The notes beneath the pieces were generated by a model, which saw only the letters and a program-made list of their open reading frames with translations, did no database searches and was not told the origin of the DNA. A stretch of DNA of 64,000 nucleotides, from contig JYFJ02000586.1 of assembly GCA_000934665.2 (NCBI GenBank), positions 1 to 64,000 on the forward strand, read 5' to 3'. The DNA comes from Catajapyx aquilonaris (lineage: Eukaryota). Below are positions 26,131-40,300 of this stretch, piece by piece; the stretch's first letter is position 1, and the number at the start of each line of letters is the position of its first letter. A program made the translations under genes and the position numbers.

Positions 26131-26446
26131 TCAAGGCAAGGTGTTGTGTTCACCTGGTCACTGCTGCCTACCCGTCATGTGATAATGCCAAGAGGAAATG
26201 AATGAATATTAAAGTGTAGAAACATTACGGGTAATTTAGGTTGACCTGGGGGGAAGAACCCCGCATTTGATAAGCCTAAAAGCCTTGCACTTCTTACTTC
26301 TAGCATATCATATAGCATATCGTATAGCCTGCCAATTTTTTTTTCTATGACTCCCCTACTCCAATATTCTTTCTGCACCCATTTGCAATTTGAAAAAGGT
26401 AATTTTCAAATGCAAATTTTTCAGCAGGGTAAGTAGGCAAAAATGA

Positions 26447-26791
26447 CCAGGGGAAGCGTGGTGGCAGAGTTGGTAACGACTCAGCTTGCTGAGTGAGAGG
26501 TCCCAGGTTCAATCCCCACCCGGGAGTTCCCTTTCACCTGCTTCAGGAGGGTCTCTGACTCGCGCCTTGGAGGCGTCTGGCAAGCTAACCTCCAGGGAGA
26601 CTGCACATGACCCCTTTTCCAACATTGCACTTGCACCAGTGTCTCCTCACTGAAAAATCCCCATCCCTACTGCATGTCCTTTCTTCCCTGCACGGAGGTT
26701 GAAGAAAATACACAAATTGAATGGAATAATATGGTGGTGTTCCACCCCACTAAGAGGGCCTCTGGCCCTATCATAGGGTAATATTTTTAAA
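26447..26791 (+). mobile_element. Full-length tRNA-derived SINE with target-site duplication
   Basis: A box TGGCAGAGTTGG and B box GGTTCAATCCC. Flanked by aagtaggcaaaaatga (26431-46) and aagtaggcaaaaaatga (26792-808). Confidence 0.85.
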
Positions 26792-27674
26792 AAGTAGGCA
26801 AAAAATGAGTTTCATTTTTCACATATTATGAGAAACAACGTACACTCAATATTATCGTGGGTCACTTGCAGAATTAATCCTGGAGGACAGTATGAGTCAT
26901 TCTCAACTGGTGAAAAAACCACATCCAATTAGGCCCATGTTGCACCATTGTGGGTTTGACATGATACTCATGCAGCGCACAATTTAAAACACATGGGTCC
27001 TATTGTGTGTTCCAAGTTTCAGAATGTGCCTAGACTCTGGAATGAATTTTTTCGCTTACAGAAAAAGTATACCACTAACTTCAACACCATAAGAAAAATA
27101 TATCTTAGGCAAGAAGGGAAGTCATCCCTGTTTAGACTGCTGGTTCTGTTGCTTTGTGGCAACAGCAGAACAAAGCACTGGACAAAATGTAACTCATGGA
27201 GTCCCAAGCACAATGCTGATGACTGCAGATTCTCTCCTCTTTTTATTGGCAAACTCGCAAACAAACTGTACCAAGAAAGAGCTTATTGTTACTTCATACT
27301 GCTTCCTATGAATCCAAGGCTACAAAGATGCCAGGATGTGAAATATACACAAACTGGTAATAACATGAACAGTTGAACTGTGGGGTTTTCTGTTCCCTGA
27401 CTCATGTGTGCATATCATTGGAAATTTCATACGTCGTCACCTCGGGTAGTGAGTTTCTTGTTAGTGGCTGCCTGGACCTCTGCACAACTAATAAGCAACA
27501 TCCTTATGCAGATTCCAAAGTTTTGCTTCTGCTGGATGTGGACTCTCCAGGAAGGGCAAGACTTCAGCTTGATATATTACATAGACCTAGAGTGTAATAT
27601 GGTACCATTAGTGGGGATCACACCACATGCAGGTTATGCCTCTACCAGCCGCTACATCAACATTAAATATTATC

Positions 27675-27802
27675 TACACCAAGGGGGTATTAACTCAAAA
27701 AAGTGTACACTGGCTCTCTTGAGTTGCGGCTCTCTTCGGCTCTCCGCAGCTCACCAGTGAGGGTGTACACCGGCTGTCCGAAGTGACTACCCCCTTGATC
27801 TA
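27675..27802. mobile_element. Short TA-flanked foldback MITE
   Basis: tacaccaagggggtattaact pairs with agtgactacccccttgatcta. Inner gtgtacac/gtgtacac and gagttgcgg/ccgcagctc arms. Confidence 0.65.
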
Positions 27803-30800
27803 CATATCTAGTATACAGAGGTCATTGGGGAAAGAGCTCACTGGCTGATGGAGTTAATCAGGAAATTGATGGACCAGGGTGGGATGTAATGGGCCACCAC
27901 AAAGTTGGAACCACAGTATCTAGTGGAGCTACAATCATGTGGCAGGTAGTTGAGGTAGTACTTCCACCCAAAGCATTATGTGACCCATTGAGGATGATGG
28001 AAGTGTAAGCTAAAGTCATGCTTATATTCCCACCGGAAACACAGAAGAGAGGGAGAGGTGAGACACATGTAATAACTATCTGTTCATTTGGGGAAAAGAT
28101 CAGTACTGATGTGCTAACTAATGAGGGCAAAAATACTTATGGTGGTAATAGAAGGGAGGTCCATAGCAGCAGACAGAACTCACAGTCAGTGCAAGTTGCA
28201 TTTAGTTATAAACAATTAAGCATTACTATTGCTGTCTGTCTGGCAGATGCAATGACAGTACTAGTTGTCATCTATCACAACTCAGAACTCTGAAGATATT
28301 GGGATGGACGGATGCATTTAGATCCACAGGTCGAGCCCAAAATGCTGAGAAATTCTGACCCTGGACAGGTGGTTCTGCTTGGTTGTTATTGGGTTAGTTT
28401 GGAGGGCCACTGCCTTCTCTCACTGTCTACTTGTCTGGTCATGACAGGTCACCTAGCCTCACGTGCCAGCCAGTTCTCAGCAACTGCTAATCCCTGATAC
28501 TAAGCAGGGATGAGAAATTTGACATGTTCAAAATTGTGAATGGCAATTGCGTAAATCAGGTAGCTTCTGGAAGGCATAGGATAAATCGATAATTCAATGA
28601 CATACTTTAATATTGCAGGTTCTTACCATGTAATTCTCGCCTGCACCCATAATTGATCCTGCCTTGCTCTGCAGCCCTCACCCTGACTAAGCTTCTTGCT
28701 CCTATTTGCAGGCAGTTCCTATTTTTTGTGGGAATCCATCATTGCCACCAGATGGAAGGTTGACAACAGAAGAGTAGTGACAGCTGTCCTACACATATGT
28801 GGGACTGAAAATAATAACACCATATTAGTACTGCAGAAGTAAAAAAAAAAAGTTGTGCGTATTTATGAAGTCAATAGACTTTGGGGTAAAAAACTTTTTA
28901 TATACTGTACTGGTAGAGGTATCCTTCAATGACGACATGTGACGATTGTCCCTGATTGTGGATGTTGCCCATTTGTGCAGCAGTAGCTGGGAACAAACAG
29001 TTCCTGGCCAATGTGTATGCCCATCCTAATTTCTCCAGAAGGCATAATGGCAAACAGTCATGTGCTGCAAATGTTAAAGATGCAAAATATAATGTACGCC
29101 TGGAACATGCGGTACCGTAATCCTTAAGCTGCTGGTGGAGGTGTGTGATCTACTAAATCCAGATGTAATGCCAGAAGACTCTGAACAAATGGTGCAGATT
29201 GCTGCTTCTCTTTCACACCGTCACGTCCATTAGATATGGAGAAGTACAGCTGCACAGAAGAAGCGGGAATAAGAAGGCGACGGAAGCGACCCTAGTGGCC
29301 AGTGGATGCACTGTGCTGGCTGCAGCGACACTCCCGCCATCTACCGGCTAATAAACCCAACTCTTCGGACTAGTTTTCACCATTCCTGGGACAGTGCTGC
29401 CGGCCTGCGGGGATGTGGCACGCTCCAGTCGGCAGTAGAGAGTAGACGGACTGTGTGGGGGTGGGCGGATGATTGGGCGCCCAGGGGCTGCCTGCCTGTC
29501 ACATCAGTCTCCGGCACAGCAACCCACACAGCCCACCGAAAACACGGTCACAGCCTGCAGCTAGCATCTGGGCAGCTGGATCCGGGAGTCCGGTCCAACT
29601 GTGGACTTGGCCAGGCCCTCACCCTATATACGGTGCATTATGACATGTCGGAACAACTGAGGCCGATATAATACCTTGCGAATGCTTTGCAGGTGTTGTA
29701 TATGACAATTCCGCCTAAAACAGAGATTCATAACTATTCATAAAGTTATTGCGCTGCTTGCACGGGGAGGCTGAGGTGGGCGCTCGGTGTTGCAAAGGAT
29801 TAGCATGATGCAACACTTTCTGCACGGGGGCGGTATCTCATGACTGAATACTCAGATCTATGAATTAATAATCCAGTTTCGTTCGAGGGCATGGTGCTTA
29901 GGTAACTGTTGCATTGTAAACCCTCTCTAAATATAAAGACCAATCAATGATTTAAACTTACTCCTGAGAGAGTCGTGAGAAAATCAACGCCGTTAATGAT
30001 TAACTGAATTATTGTCAGACATGCTGGCTCAACAACGCATGCAGCATCTAAATTCTCATGTCAAGCAATCCGAGAGAAGAATTTCGTTTATCTTCGTCTA
30101 TGTCATATTAGTCTCAATACCCCATCCTACATTTTAGACATGTTTTGGTCTATACATTGTTAGGCTACCGTGTAGCCATTTCCAAGTGGATCATCTGGAG
30201 TTCTGAAGGACCTTGATTGTAATACATGTATTGTATTCGTGTGATAAATTAGTAGTGATTTTCGTCCCTAGTTAATCCATAAGCGAAACTCCGATAATAC
30301 TGTCTATTTCATTTCATTACTATCAATTTGGCAGAATTAGCTCGATCGCTTGAGGAATGACATAGTGATTAACTTGCTAAGTGACATCAAAACTGTGCCT
30401 GACGGGATACTCCTCGTCATTAATATTGATTGTCAATCACTCCACCATGTAGTAACTTCTATTTGGCAAGCTTTTTCAGCTGAAATTATACATTAGGAAG
30501 AGCGGCCTAAATACACTTTGGAGCAATGATCTATGTCCACACAATCGTAAAGGTGCATTATTAAGGGCTCAACTTGGCAAATAGTTGAATAAACTCGGAA
30601 TCCTCTGAGCCTATGAGTTGCTTACAAGACTGACATATGAAAATGATTATAACTGCGACATTTAAAAAAAACGTGGCATACTGCGCAATATTTTCTCATA
30701 AAACTGCAATGTGTCTGCTGCATACAGTGCACTATTTATGTGCCATTCACACATACATGCATATAGTACTGTACAGTACACGATACCAATCTCGTCACTG

Positions 30801-33800
30801 TTTTCAATATTTTCCTGTCAAGGTTAGCTGGCAAGGATTTTGTGACTTTAGTCGTCAACATTTCTGACTCTCTCTGAAACCTCCAACGACTTAATTACAA
30901 AGTGTCACAAAGTAACAAAACCTCCGAATTGGACCCCAGTAATTCCCAACGAGTTGCTTCTTCTGCATCCATCAGGGACAATAATATAGAAGAGGCAGGA
31001 ACTCATCGGCTGGCACAACTCAATTTGCCCCAGCAGCACCACGTTAATCCTCTCTCATCCGAGTCAATGAATAATAAAACAGCCCCGCGATGTCCATGGA
31101 AGCCTGACCCTCTCAATCGTCCTGGGGGAGGTAGCAGATGAGGTCACCCCCCCCTGACTCTCTTCTGTACCTGTTCACGAATAATTACACAGGATCAAAA
31201 TGCGATGGCCGGGTGTGGAGTGCAAACCCACGCAAACACTTGCGGCAAGTCCTGCGAACCCAAACGCTTGGCTGTGAGGATAGTTTCAACAGTTATACTC
31301 ACCGCCCTATGCAGCACTTTTGAACTTGTATGTCCTCCCACCCACCCACCGCTGTTTGTCGTGCATCAACACAAAAAGGTCCACATTTCACGCGGCGCAG
31401 ATCACAGTGGAGGAAGGAGAGTGGTTGGCTTCAAACATGCCGGCGGACCTCATTATTTCCGCCCCGTCAATTCTCATTTGCCAAAGCCCTCCGCGGACAA
31501 GTCACCAATTTCTGCCCTGCCTCTGATACCTGCTACCCTTACGTGCTTAACAACACAATGGGGTTAACCGTCGGAGCGCTAATTATCCGTGGATGTGCAG
31601 CACGCGAATTATGGCGGGGCATGACTAGCCAAAATGTTTCCTCTGGCTCGTCAAGAACAATGTGAGAGCAGGTAAAGTTTCAGCAGCTGGAGCAGGTGGT
31701 GGGTGACAGGAAGTTGATGGGGGATGGGTATCCGAGCAGAACACAGACGTCTATGTGGCGTGGAGGAGACGTCTATGCAGACATAACACATTATTCAGGA
31801 AGTATAGTTCACAGATCCAGGGTGAGTGGGAGGTGGCTGATGATGGCGTGTCATGCAGAGAGACTGAAGAGATATGAGCGAGGGGGAAAAAAACAAGTTT
31901 CGTAACTTCATAGTTCTCATTGTGTGTAGACTAGGTTAAGTAACACATTCAAGAAGACTGAAAAGATACTGCCAGTACAAGAACTTCTCCTAATATAACA
32001 ACGACGAGGACAAAGCCAGTGTACGTAATTACTGAATGTATCACTGCTCATCTGGTAGACGATTATTGTGCAACAATATTATGTTTCATACCCCCTTTAG
32101 TGGACTACATCATGCGCGAAAGTGGGCTTAACCAGTTTTGTTCCCTTTGCTAATAGCACTTGATTTCCGTTCATCCCTGAAGTGATGCAGCAGAGGACAT
32201 ACAGATCATGAATAAAGCAAAGCACTCGTCACATCATGCATACAAGAGTGCGGACAAATGAAAAATACACTGCGATTTTTAGTGAAGTACTTAGCACTCT
32301 GTAGCAGAAGTTCCCCTATCAAAATTTGAGGATCCTTTTATTAATACGGAACTCCTGAAAATGAGCTTTGTCATATTTAGCACGTCAAGTTACTCTAGTC
32401 CTGAAAAAGCCTGGGTCTTTTCAATACCCAGAAGGTTGCCTTACCGTCAAACACACTCTATTGGAAATATTCACAATCTCCATGAGACACCAAACAATGC
32501 CCATGTCTATATGTTTTTCAAAATGAAAACTTAATAATACATGGCTAGTAATTATGTTGTCGAAAAATACGAGACCAGTGTCAACTGACAAAATATAGTA
32601 TGAACAAGGTAGTATTGTATTGTACCGATACAGTACAGTGCCGTAGCTCGCAGCACCGTGCTGCTTGCGCCTACACGTTATGGCACACGTGATGCAAGGG
32701 TGAGGCTGCATAACAGGTCAGGATGAAGGCGAAAGGGGCGGATTCACATCATTTTCTTTCTTATTGACTGATGGCTACCTAATTCTACCTCAATATATTA
32801 ATTATCAGTGTATGGGTATGTGCGAGGGAGGATACAGTATATTAGGAGCCCTAAAACATTTTTATACAAAAAATTATCAATGACGACATGTGGCTCGACT
32901 AATGTTTAACTGAGGGACAACTTTTTATCACGAGGCTATACAAGTTCTTTGTAAAAAGCCTATCGTTGCTTTTTAAATCAAATGATTAGAATTATTTGAG
33001 TAATTTCGCAGCAATAGTGTTGACATGCTGAAGTCAACAAAGCGACGGGTGCTGTGGACCTACACAAGTTGTGTAAGTAAACAATAGGAATAGACAAAGC
33101 ATCACTTCTATGACATAAAACATGTAAGAACACCAAAATAATATTTACGTTTTCATAACGCATGCCCCGCTGCACACAGTTGTTCACATAAAATAGAGTT
33201 GACCTTAGGAGTAAGTGCTACACGCTTGTTCAAGTTGCAAATTGCAGACACTATAATAACTCATACCAAAAGGTAGGTTTTGAATATGTGTAGTCGCTCT
33301 GTTCGGGGTTGTTTATATTGTTGTTGTTGTTTGTTACATCTATGCCCACGATAATTGCAAACCATGGCCCTCTGGAGAATGCAAACTAATAACAGAAGTA
33401 AAATATTACACTGTACAGTATGCATGCTAAGCAATAATACCCTGTGTACCTACTTTGCATACGAATATAGATAAACTTACGAAATACCCTAATTGAAACC
33501 CGAGAGGATACGTCCAAAGTTCCACATTTTTATCCTTCCGAGCACCTTTTCCGGTAAATTGAGCAGGTCCACGTAAACATCATCATTCTCCGAGCAACTC
33601 AATCCTTAGCTCAAGTAAATCACCCTGCACTCTCGCCAGTGAACCCCCAGAAAATGATACCCAATCTTTCAAAAAAAAAAACACTACTGTTTTTTTCCGC
33701 TGTTTATATCTGTAACCACCGTTCAAAAAATTGCTATCCCCAACATCCACTAACCAGTGTTCCATGGCTTCCAGGCATATTAAAGCCAATTACTTTTTTT

Positions 33801-34069
33801 TAAACCCGCTTGGCAAATCGACCGCATCCAGGCGGAATTTGATCTCTTGGAATCGGCAGATGATTTCCTCCAAACTGCAGTTATTACTGGCAGGAAGGCA
33901 GAGTTTGCCGCTGAAAATACATACGTCGGCGCAGGCGCCCAAAGATGCACAAGTGTATAACCAGAATGGTGGAGGGTAGTAGTAGGTAGGAGGGGTGGGG
34001 GGGAAAAAGAAGAGTGGGGCCGAGCAAGAGCAGTAGAGGCGCCGGAATCTCCCCGCTCGGCTCGCTCGG

Positions 34070-34360
34070 CACCTGTTCAATTCCCGCCACATTTTGACTT
34101 TTCCTCGTGCTACCCACAAAAACAACAACAACAATCCCACAGTAGTTGAGGACTAATTACTTCATTTTTTGGGGGGAGGGTGGACCCTGGTTGGTAACCA
34201 CCATCGTCCATGACCTCATCCGACGTCGGACAGTGCGGGTCCATAGTGTGCTTCTTGTTGGAAAAGGGGTGAAAATTTTGTTTCAAAGTATTATTTATCG
34301 AAGCGAATTTTGGATGACACTGATGCACCAATATCGGATTGAAGTTCGTCGCCACTGAGG
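34070..34360 (+). other. Candidate non-coding first exon of the Shaw-like gene
   Basis: GC/CpG-rich promoter-like tract at 33.9-34.1 kb ending at a perfect donor GG|GTAAGT (34361). The next recognisable plus-strand coding exon is Shaw-like at 62972. The linkage is inferred only. Confidence 0.35.
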
Positions 34361-37300
34361 GTAAGTCCACTTTTTTGTTGAAAAAAAACCTCTTTCAACT
34401 TTTATCAACTGGATTAAGTGAGAGTGGCAATTAATGCCCATCTTTCATTATGAAAAAAGCTATGGGCGTCTGACAGGAGCAAGTTCCCTTATCTAGGCAA
34501 AGGCAAAAAAAGTACTCGACCTCAATGGCAGGCGGGGTCCTAACATCTCTTACAGGATGCAATAAAAAAATAGTGTGGGTACCACCTGGGACCTTACCCA
34601 AGGCGGGTAGAGATAATCTTGACTTCGGAGTTATAGAGTCGCAGGCAGTTGGTGGGAAAGTTGGCGAGGGAAAAATACTGTTACCCTGGGAGCAATTCAC
34701 GTCACTCCTGCACCGGTCGTTCCGATTGGCCCGCAGACAATTCCAGGGCCTAAACGTCAGAACGGGCTTAATTAATTCGCGGACTTAATCCACCGGTATC
34801 AAGTGATCGGGACCACTTAATTAGGATCAACCTCTGCCTCCTTCAAATACATTCTGGGCCCCCGATGAATGGGGATGGAAGACCCTCGTTATCGAAAATT
34901 AAACGCGGTTGAAAGGATCGATTGGAGGAAGGAAGTGGAGGCGGAACATTTTTTGAGAGAGGAAATTTCTTGGGTAGGAAAATAGGGAAGCGCAAATTAG
35001 GCAGGTGCACGTGCACATATACCACAATGGATCCCCGAGACTGGGGCAGCAAAAGGGGACCTGTTGCTGGTCCATTCCACCAGTTGCATGGATCAGGCTA
35101 CTCGGATTATTCTACACAAAAGGAAATAGCCTAGTGTTGTGCAGGCTCAGCTATTCATAAATAGGTATGACTAACTTGCCCTAAGCAATACGCATTGGAT
35201 CGTTACCAGCTGCAATACGATGGGAAATATTAAATCACAATAATCAATACTACAGTTTGCTCAAAATTGGAAAGCAATCCCAACCAAATGATTTTCTGCG
35301 TAACAACCACATTTTCTATACGCAATACAGTTTGCATTTTCCCACCGACTCTTGGAGAAGGCAAACTCAATTTCCGCTTAATTGCTCATGGCGATGTGCG
35401 GCAAACGAATTACGCCTCTTCCTGTTTGTGCAGAAAGCTTCAGTAATGCCGGAAATATTTCGAGCGGCATCGCCTCGAGGCAGAAAAAAAAATATACGCG
35501 CCGCACAATATTTCACTCGGGAGGCACCCAGTAAACACATCCTCTTCAGCAGGGTGAGTTTATTCATCCGAGGAGTCAACCTATATGGATCCACGACAAA
35601 TTGCACCAAATTCACCTCCTGGTCCCTCAGATAAATAGAAGTGGCAGAAAACCGCTTCTAGCTGCTTCCACTCCCAGGAATTTACTGCTCCCATACCAAT
35701 CCAAATATTAATATTCCCCATTATTACTTCATCCCTACGCAATTTTAACGGTATGCAATAATTGAACTATCAGATTAATTTTTTTAGTTTTTTTCGTTGA
35801 AGCCTATTATGACCCTACAGAAAAAGGGGCATGACTTGCTAGACGAAAGTGGTGATTGATGTGATCCAGGAAAGGACCGGGGGTCTGGTCCTATAAATGC
35901 ACTTGTGCCTGGGGTGAAAATATTCGCGTCTTTTATGAGCCATGAAGCGATCCATTCCGGCCACCAAGATGAGTTCCCATTAAGCCATGGGGGTGCAATC
36001 GAGGGGGCCAAATAGCTTTTAGGGGGCGGAGACAGAGCCTGCTGTTTCCATCTGGGGACACATATGTGCCACCTCACACTGATTTCTCCTTTTAAAAGGC
36101 CCCACCGAGGAGCTGCTTGCCATTATTTTATGTCCGAAAGTGCACCGCGTTCAGCATCAATGCTCTTTTGCCCTACCCAACTTTGCTCGTTTTGTTGGGG
36201 CTGTTCTCACACTGGTGTCTACCATGAATGTTGTTTCGAAGAGTTATGGCTCAAGATGGATGCAATTATGGGCATAAATAGGGGAGGTTCCTGTTACATA
36301 TTCTGAGAATATATTAGAGCAACGTTAGGCTTGATAAACGGAGCAAAGGAAATTTTGGAACACAAATGCTATTTGCTACGCCAATGTTGCACACTTACCA
36401 GTAAACTGGTTTACGGTTCACTCTTTTTTGGGTACAGTGCAGTGTAGTGGAGAGTCTCGGGTTGATGCACTGTAAAATGCATGGGGCATTAGAATTTGCT
36501 TTAAAAATGCGATAGGGCCTAATGCGATCAGTACGTGCAGCAGCTTTGAAAATGCAGCTGTACTGCATAGAAATTAGTCTATAATTAGAAATATAATAGT
36601 AGCCCCATTGCAGATCTATTCCGGAATTTCCTGCCTCCCTATTTCGAATTGCATACATGAAGGCAATCATAAAGTTCAGAGACGTAATAAAAAGCGACCC
36701 AATTTACAAAACTTGCATCCGACTAGATTAAACCCAAAAGAGAAGAAAGAGGGAAGAAAAAAAAGTCTAATCTTGAGAGAAAAAAGCAAGGAAGCAGTCT
36801 TTGTTGCCTGATAAGCAAATCTAAAATTCATGGAAAAGGTGGAGGGTTGCTGACATGTACCGGTACCACCACAGCCCCAAGCCTTTCCATAGCTTAGGTT
36901 TTGGTCGCCAGGCAACAGCAACACCGCATTCTAATTAGTTCTTCTCCCTTCTCTTTGGACAGAAACTATTCATGAGGCAACCCTCCTCCCACGACTATCG
37001 CTATAATTCATCTCCCATTTTTTCTATACCTCTGCACTGTGTTGCTTCTTTTCCCTGTGCAGGGAGCCAATGAATGGAGCCGTGTTTTATTCGCGGTATG
37101 GTCGTCTGGGGAGACGCTGAAGTAGAGATTTTTTTTTGGTTCCCTGCATTTTTAAAGGGCAGGTTTTAATACCTCATTTTGCAGGTCAAGTCCTCTATTT
37201 TGCAGGTACATGGTACGAAGAAGTAAAATTGTGATAGTGTGGTGTAAACGACTTTTGAGGCATGCTGGCTGCCTTGGATACATGAAGTGAGCAGGTTAAT

Positions 37301-40300
37301 GAGTGAAAATGGGCGGAATAAACGACGTAATCAGCATGGCGAGGACTGGAAGCCAGGCTTTGGGTCGCCATAACAACAGCCCAATTAAGCGACCTCACCT
37401 TTCACCCGCAGTTCACCAACAACAACTAATTTTTTTTTAGCTTGCTTGCGAAACTGCTCTTAAAGTCAACCAACACGTCTAGAGCATGGTGCTGGAATAC
37501 TAAGCGCTCAACTTGCGCAACCATCAACAGTGTATACAACTTGCTCCATCAATTAAGGCCGTTATGTCGGGAGACCATTTTGAAACCACGGATTAATTCA
37601 ATATTAAAAAATAATCTTTGGACAATACACATTTAGGATGACATTTACACTACAAGCGACGCCTTTTTTGAGTTCATGTACTACACGACATTATTAATGG
37701 CTGGTAGTCTACAATTTGCATTCGCGTGTGTGGACTAGCTTGTATTTGCGGTCTGAGTGCCGTCCTCTCCATGTGCGAAAATGATAGCAAACTCAATTTA
37801 GGCGACATTAGTCAGTGCTGTGTGTTTATAGATTGGCCTCAAAAGCTGGAATTGGCAGCGGGTTTCACTCGCTGTACCACCTACAACGGCCATCTCATTA
37901 AACATTGAATGCCAACATGGTTGCGGCTCGTGTGAGTGCCGGGACATTATATCAAATTAAATATATAGCTGTCCTGAATTTTTAACAGGTTTTAACCGGC
38001 TAGTGGGCTTGATTGGACTATGAATTTTTTGGGGGGGTTATCATGTAGATAAATTTCTAATTAGCGAGCCGAATCATAAGTAGGAAAAACAAGGCAGTGT
38101 ATGGTCAGCTTCAAATCTTCCTCCAGACAGCCCCCTAGCTGAATCTTTCTCTTTAATTTCCTGTCACCCTTAGAGGAAGTCGGCAAAAACTCGTGTGTTT
38201 GGCCAGGATAATGCCGCCAGGCACCGGAAACTTTATTTTATCGCCCTAGCCTTTTGTAGCCGCAGGAGGTATGTACGCCCCTCGGAAACTTCGGAGACAA
38301 AATTCACAAAACTTGTCACTCCTGGAAAGTACAGGGTTGCTCCATGCTGTACAGCGCAACTTCCAACTGACGTCACAGGAAGGGGGTGCAACGTCACAAG
38401 AAGGGGTGCTATGACGTCACACATATTGCAGCTGGACGAAACGCGAACGAGGTCATATAGAAACCCCTTTTCTTCTGTCGGAATAGAAATCTTTCTTCTA
38501 TCCTCTTACCCATCCATCCATTGTGGCAACCTTTCATCCATCTTTCTATCTATTCCCCCTTTTCTCTCCTTTCTCCCAACGATCCGGCAAAGGGCAAGCC
38601 ACGGGACAAATTCCTTGTTTTCAATCCCGCCATGCCTTGGAGAAGAGTGGCCTGCCAACCAGATTCCAGCCACCCAGCCTGATAAATAGCCCTCCCCCAT
38701 TATATCAGCATAACGTACCAAAGTCAATGCTTACAAGGGCAAACTTGGGTCATTACGTGTTTTGTACCCAACTTGCACCAACTAGGCCTGGTTGGAGATA
38801 ATGCGCTAGGTTCTAGTGTTGCGAGATATAATATCAGTTACCGTGGCCTTAAGTCGGTTATAATGGAGCACACATCTCTCATCGCAGCTTGTGCTTCTCT
38901 AGTGTTTACCGGGAGATTCTGCCGGTTGGCGTCTGTTTGTGAGCTAGAGGATATCATGTCCATAGGGGGTCCTGAGGGCTTTGTCAATGGACTTCTCTCT
39001 TTGAGCGGGGATGTCCTCGAGCTGCTTTTCTAACGTTTCCAAGCAAGGGCAAGGGTTCTTCAGAAAATGTGCTATTTTGCCAAACAGGTTCGAGGTAAGA
39101 ATAACATGTCGATTACAGGCACCCAAAATTAATACAGTAACATGACATGCAAATTATGCCGAACAGACCACATTTTGTAAAGGGCCTCGTGTGGGTTCGA
39201 ATTCACAGCGGGGCCTAATATAACGAGACAGTTTGAAAATTTAATACAGTCCATCCCTGGCAGGGAGCTTTGTCGCTAATCTGCAGGTGCTTCAGTGCAA
39301 ATAAATGTTAACATAGGTGGACATTACATTTTCATTTCGGGGGGAATGGGATGTCATTCAATTCTTATCTCGAAACAGGCGAGAATCCATCGTTCCATGG
39401 GAAAAGTCGGTGTCGGACTACTCGGACACAAAGCTGGAATTGAACGTTGAAAATCCGAGAACTGGTGTCTGCTCATATTTCATGGAAATACTATAGGGGC
39501 TGAAGCACCTGATTGAGTTGAGTAATCTCTTTTTGATGCAATAGCACTCAGTGCCCATTGCTGATTAATTGAGACGTGAATCCTCCGACATTCACTGCTT
39601 TTAGACCCTCCCCCCCTCTCTAATAATTATTATGCAGCCTTCACTCGAATATTTCTCTGGCTAATGAGGCTGTGTGAACGCCCATGAAACCAGCGCGAGA
39701 TAAATTTATCGGATTATTCACGGATGGAAAGGAAGAATAAGCCCCCTTTCTGCTCAGCTTACCAACACTTGGAAAACTCAAAGCCTTCCGAATTAACCCT
39801 CGTCCTCCTTTTCGCAGAGAAAGCGCCTGCCATTTGTCACTTTCTCCCAAGATGTCTGGAGCAGTGTCGCCAACTCTAGCAATGTGCATTCCTTCTCGTT
39901 CCCATTTGAGCATGTTTTTTAAAGACATTTACCTGTCTAGCATGCTTAATGCTCCTCCCTCATTATTATTCAAAGCGTCTCTCTGCAAAATAGATATGTA
40001 GTCCAGAATCGTTTTGCAAAATGTCCAGCTCTAATGGTAGCTAGTTTTGCACTTTGGAATGCAGTGTTGCACCAGAAATATTTCTCACCCTTGTGAGCTC
40101 ATGGCTATAATTGGATGAGAAAAATAACTTCACCTTCCTCGTAAAGGTCAGGTCCAATTACTCTAAGGGGTAAAAAAATGTCGAGAGGGCAAAACAAAAA
40201 CGAAGTCAACTTCCTGGTGAATATTCACTTTGGGAGAGGGCAGGAAGCATTTTAAGGCATTGGCCCCTCCCCATCTCCCTTCACACCTTTTCAGCCAAAC

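Noticed and set aside
39182..39215. tRNA-like hairpin with GGTTCGAAT
   Set aside because: Isolated T-arm/B-box fragment with no A box or other arms.
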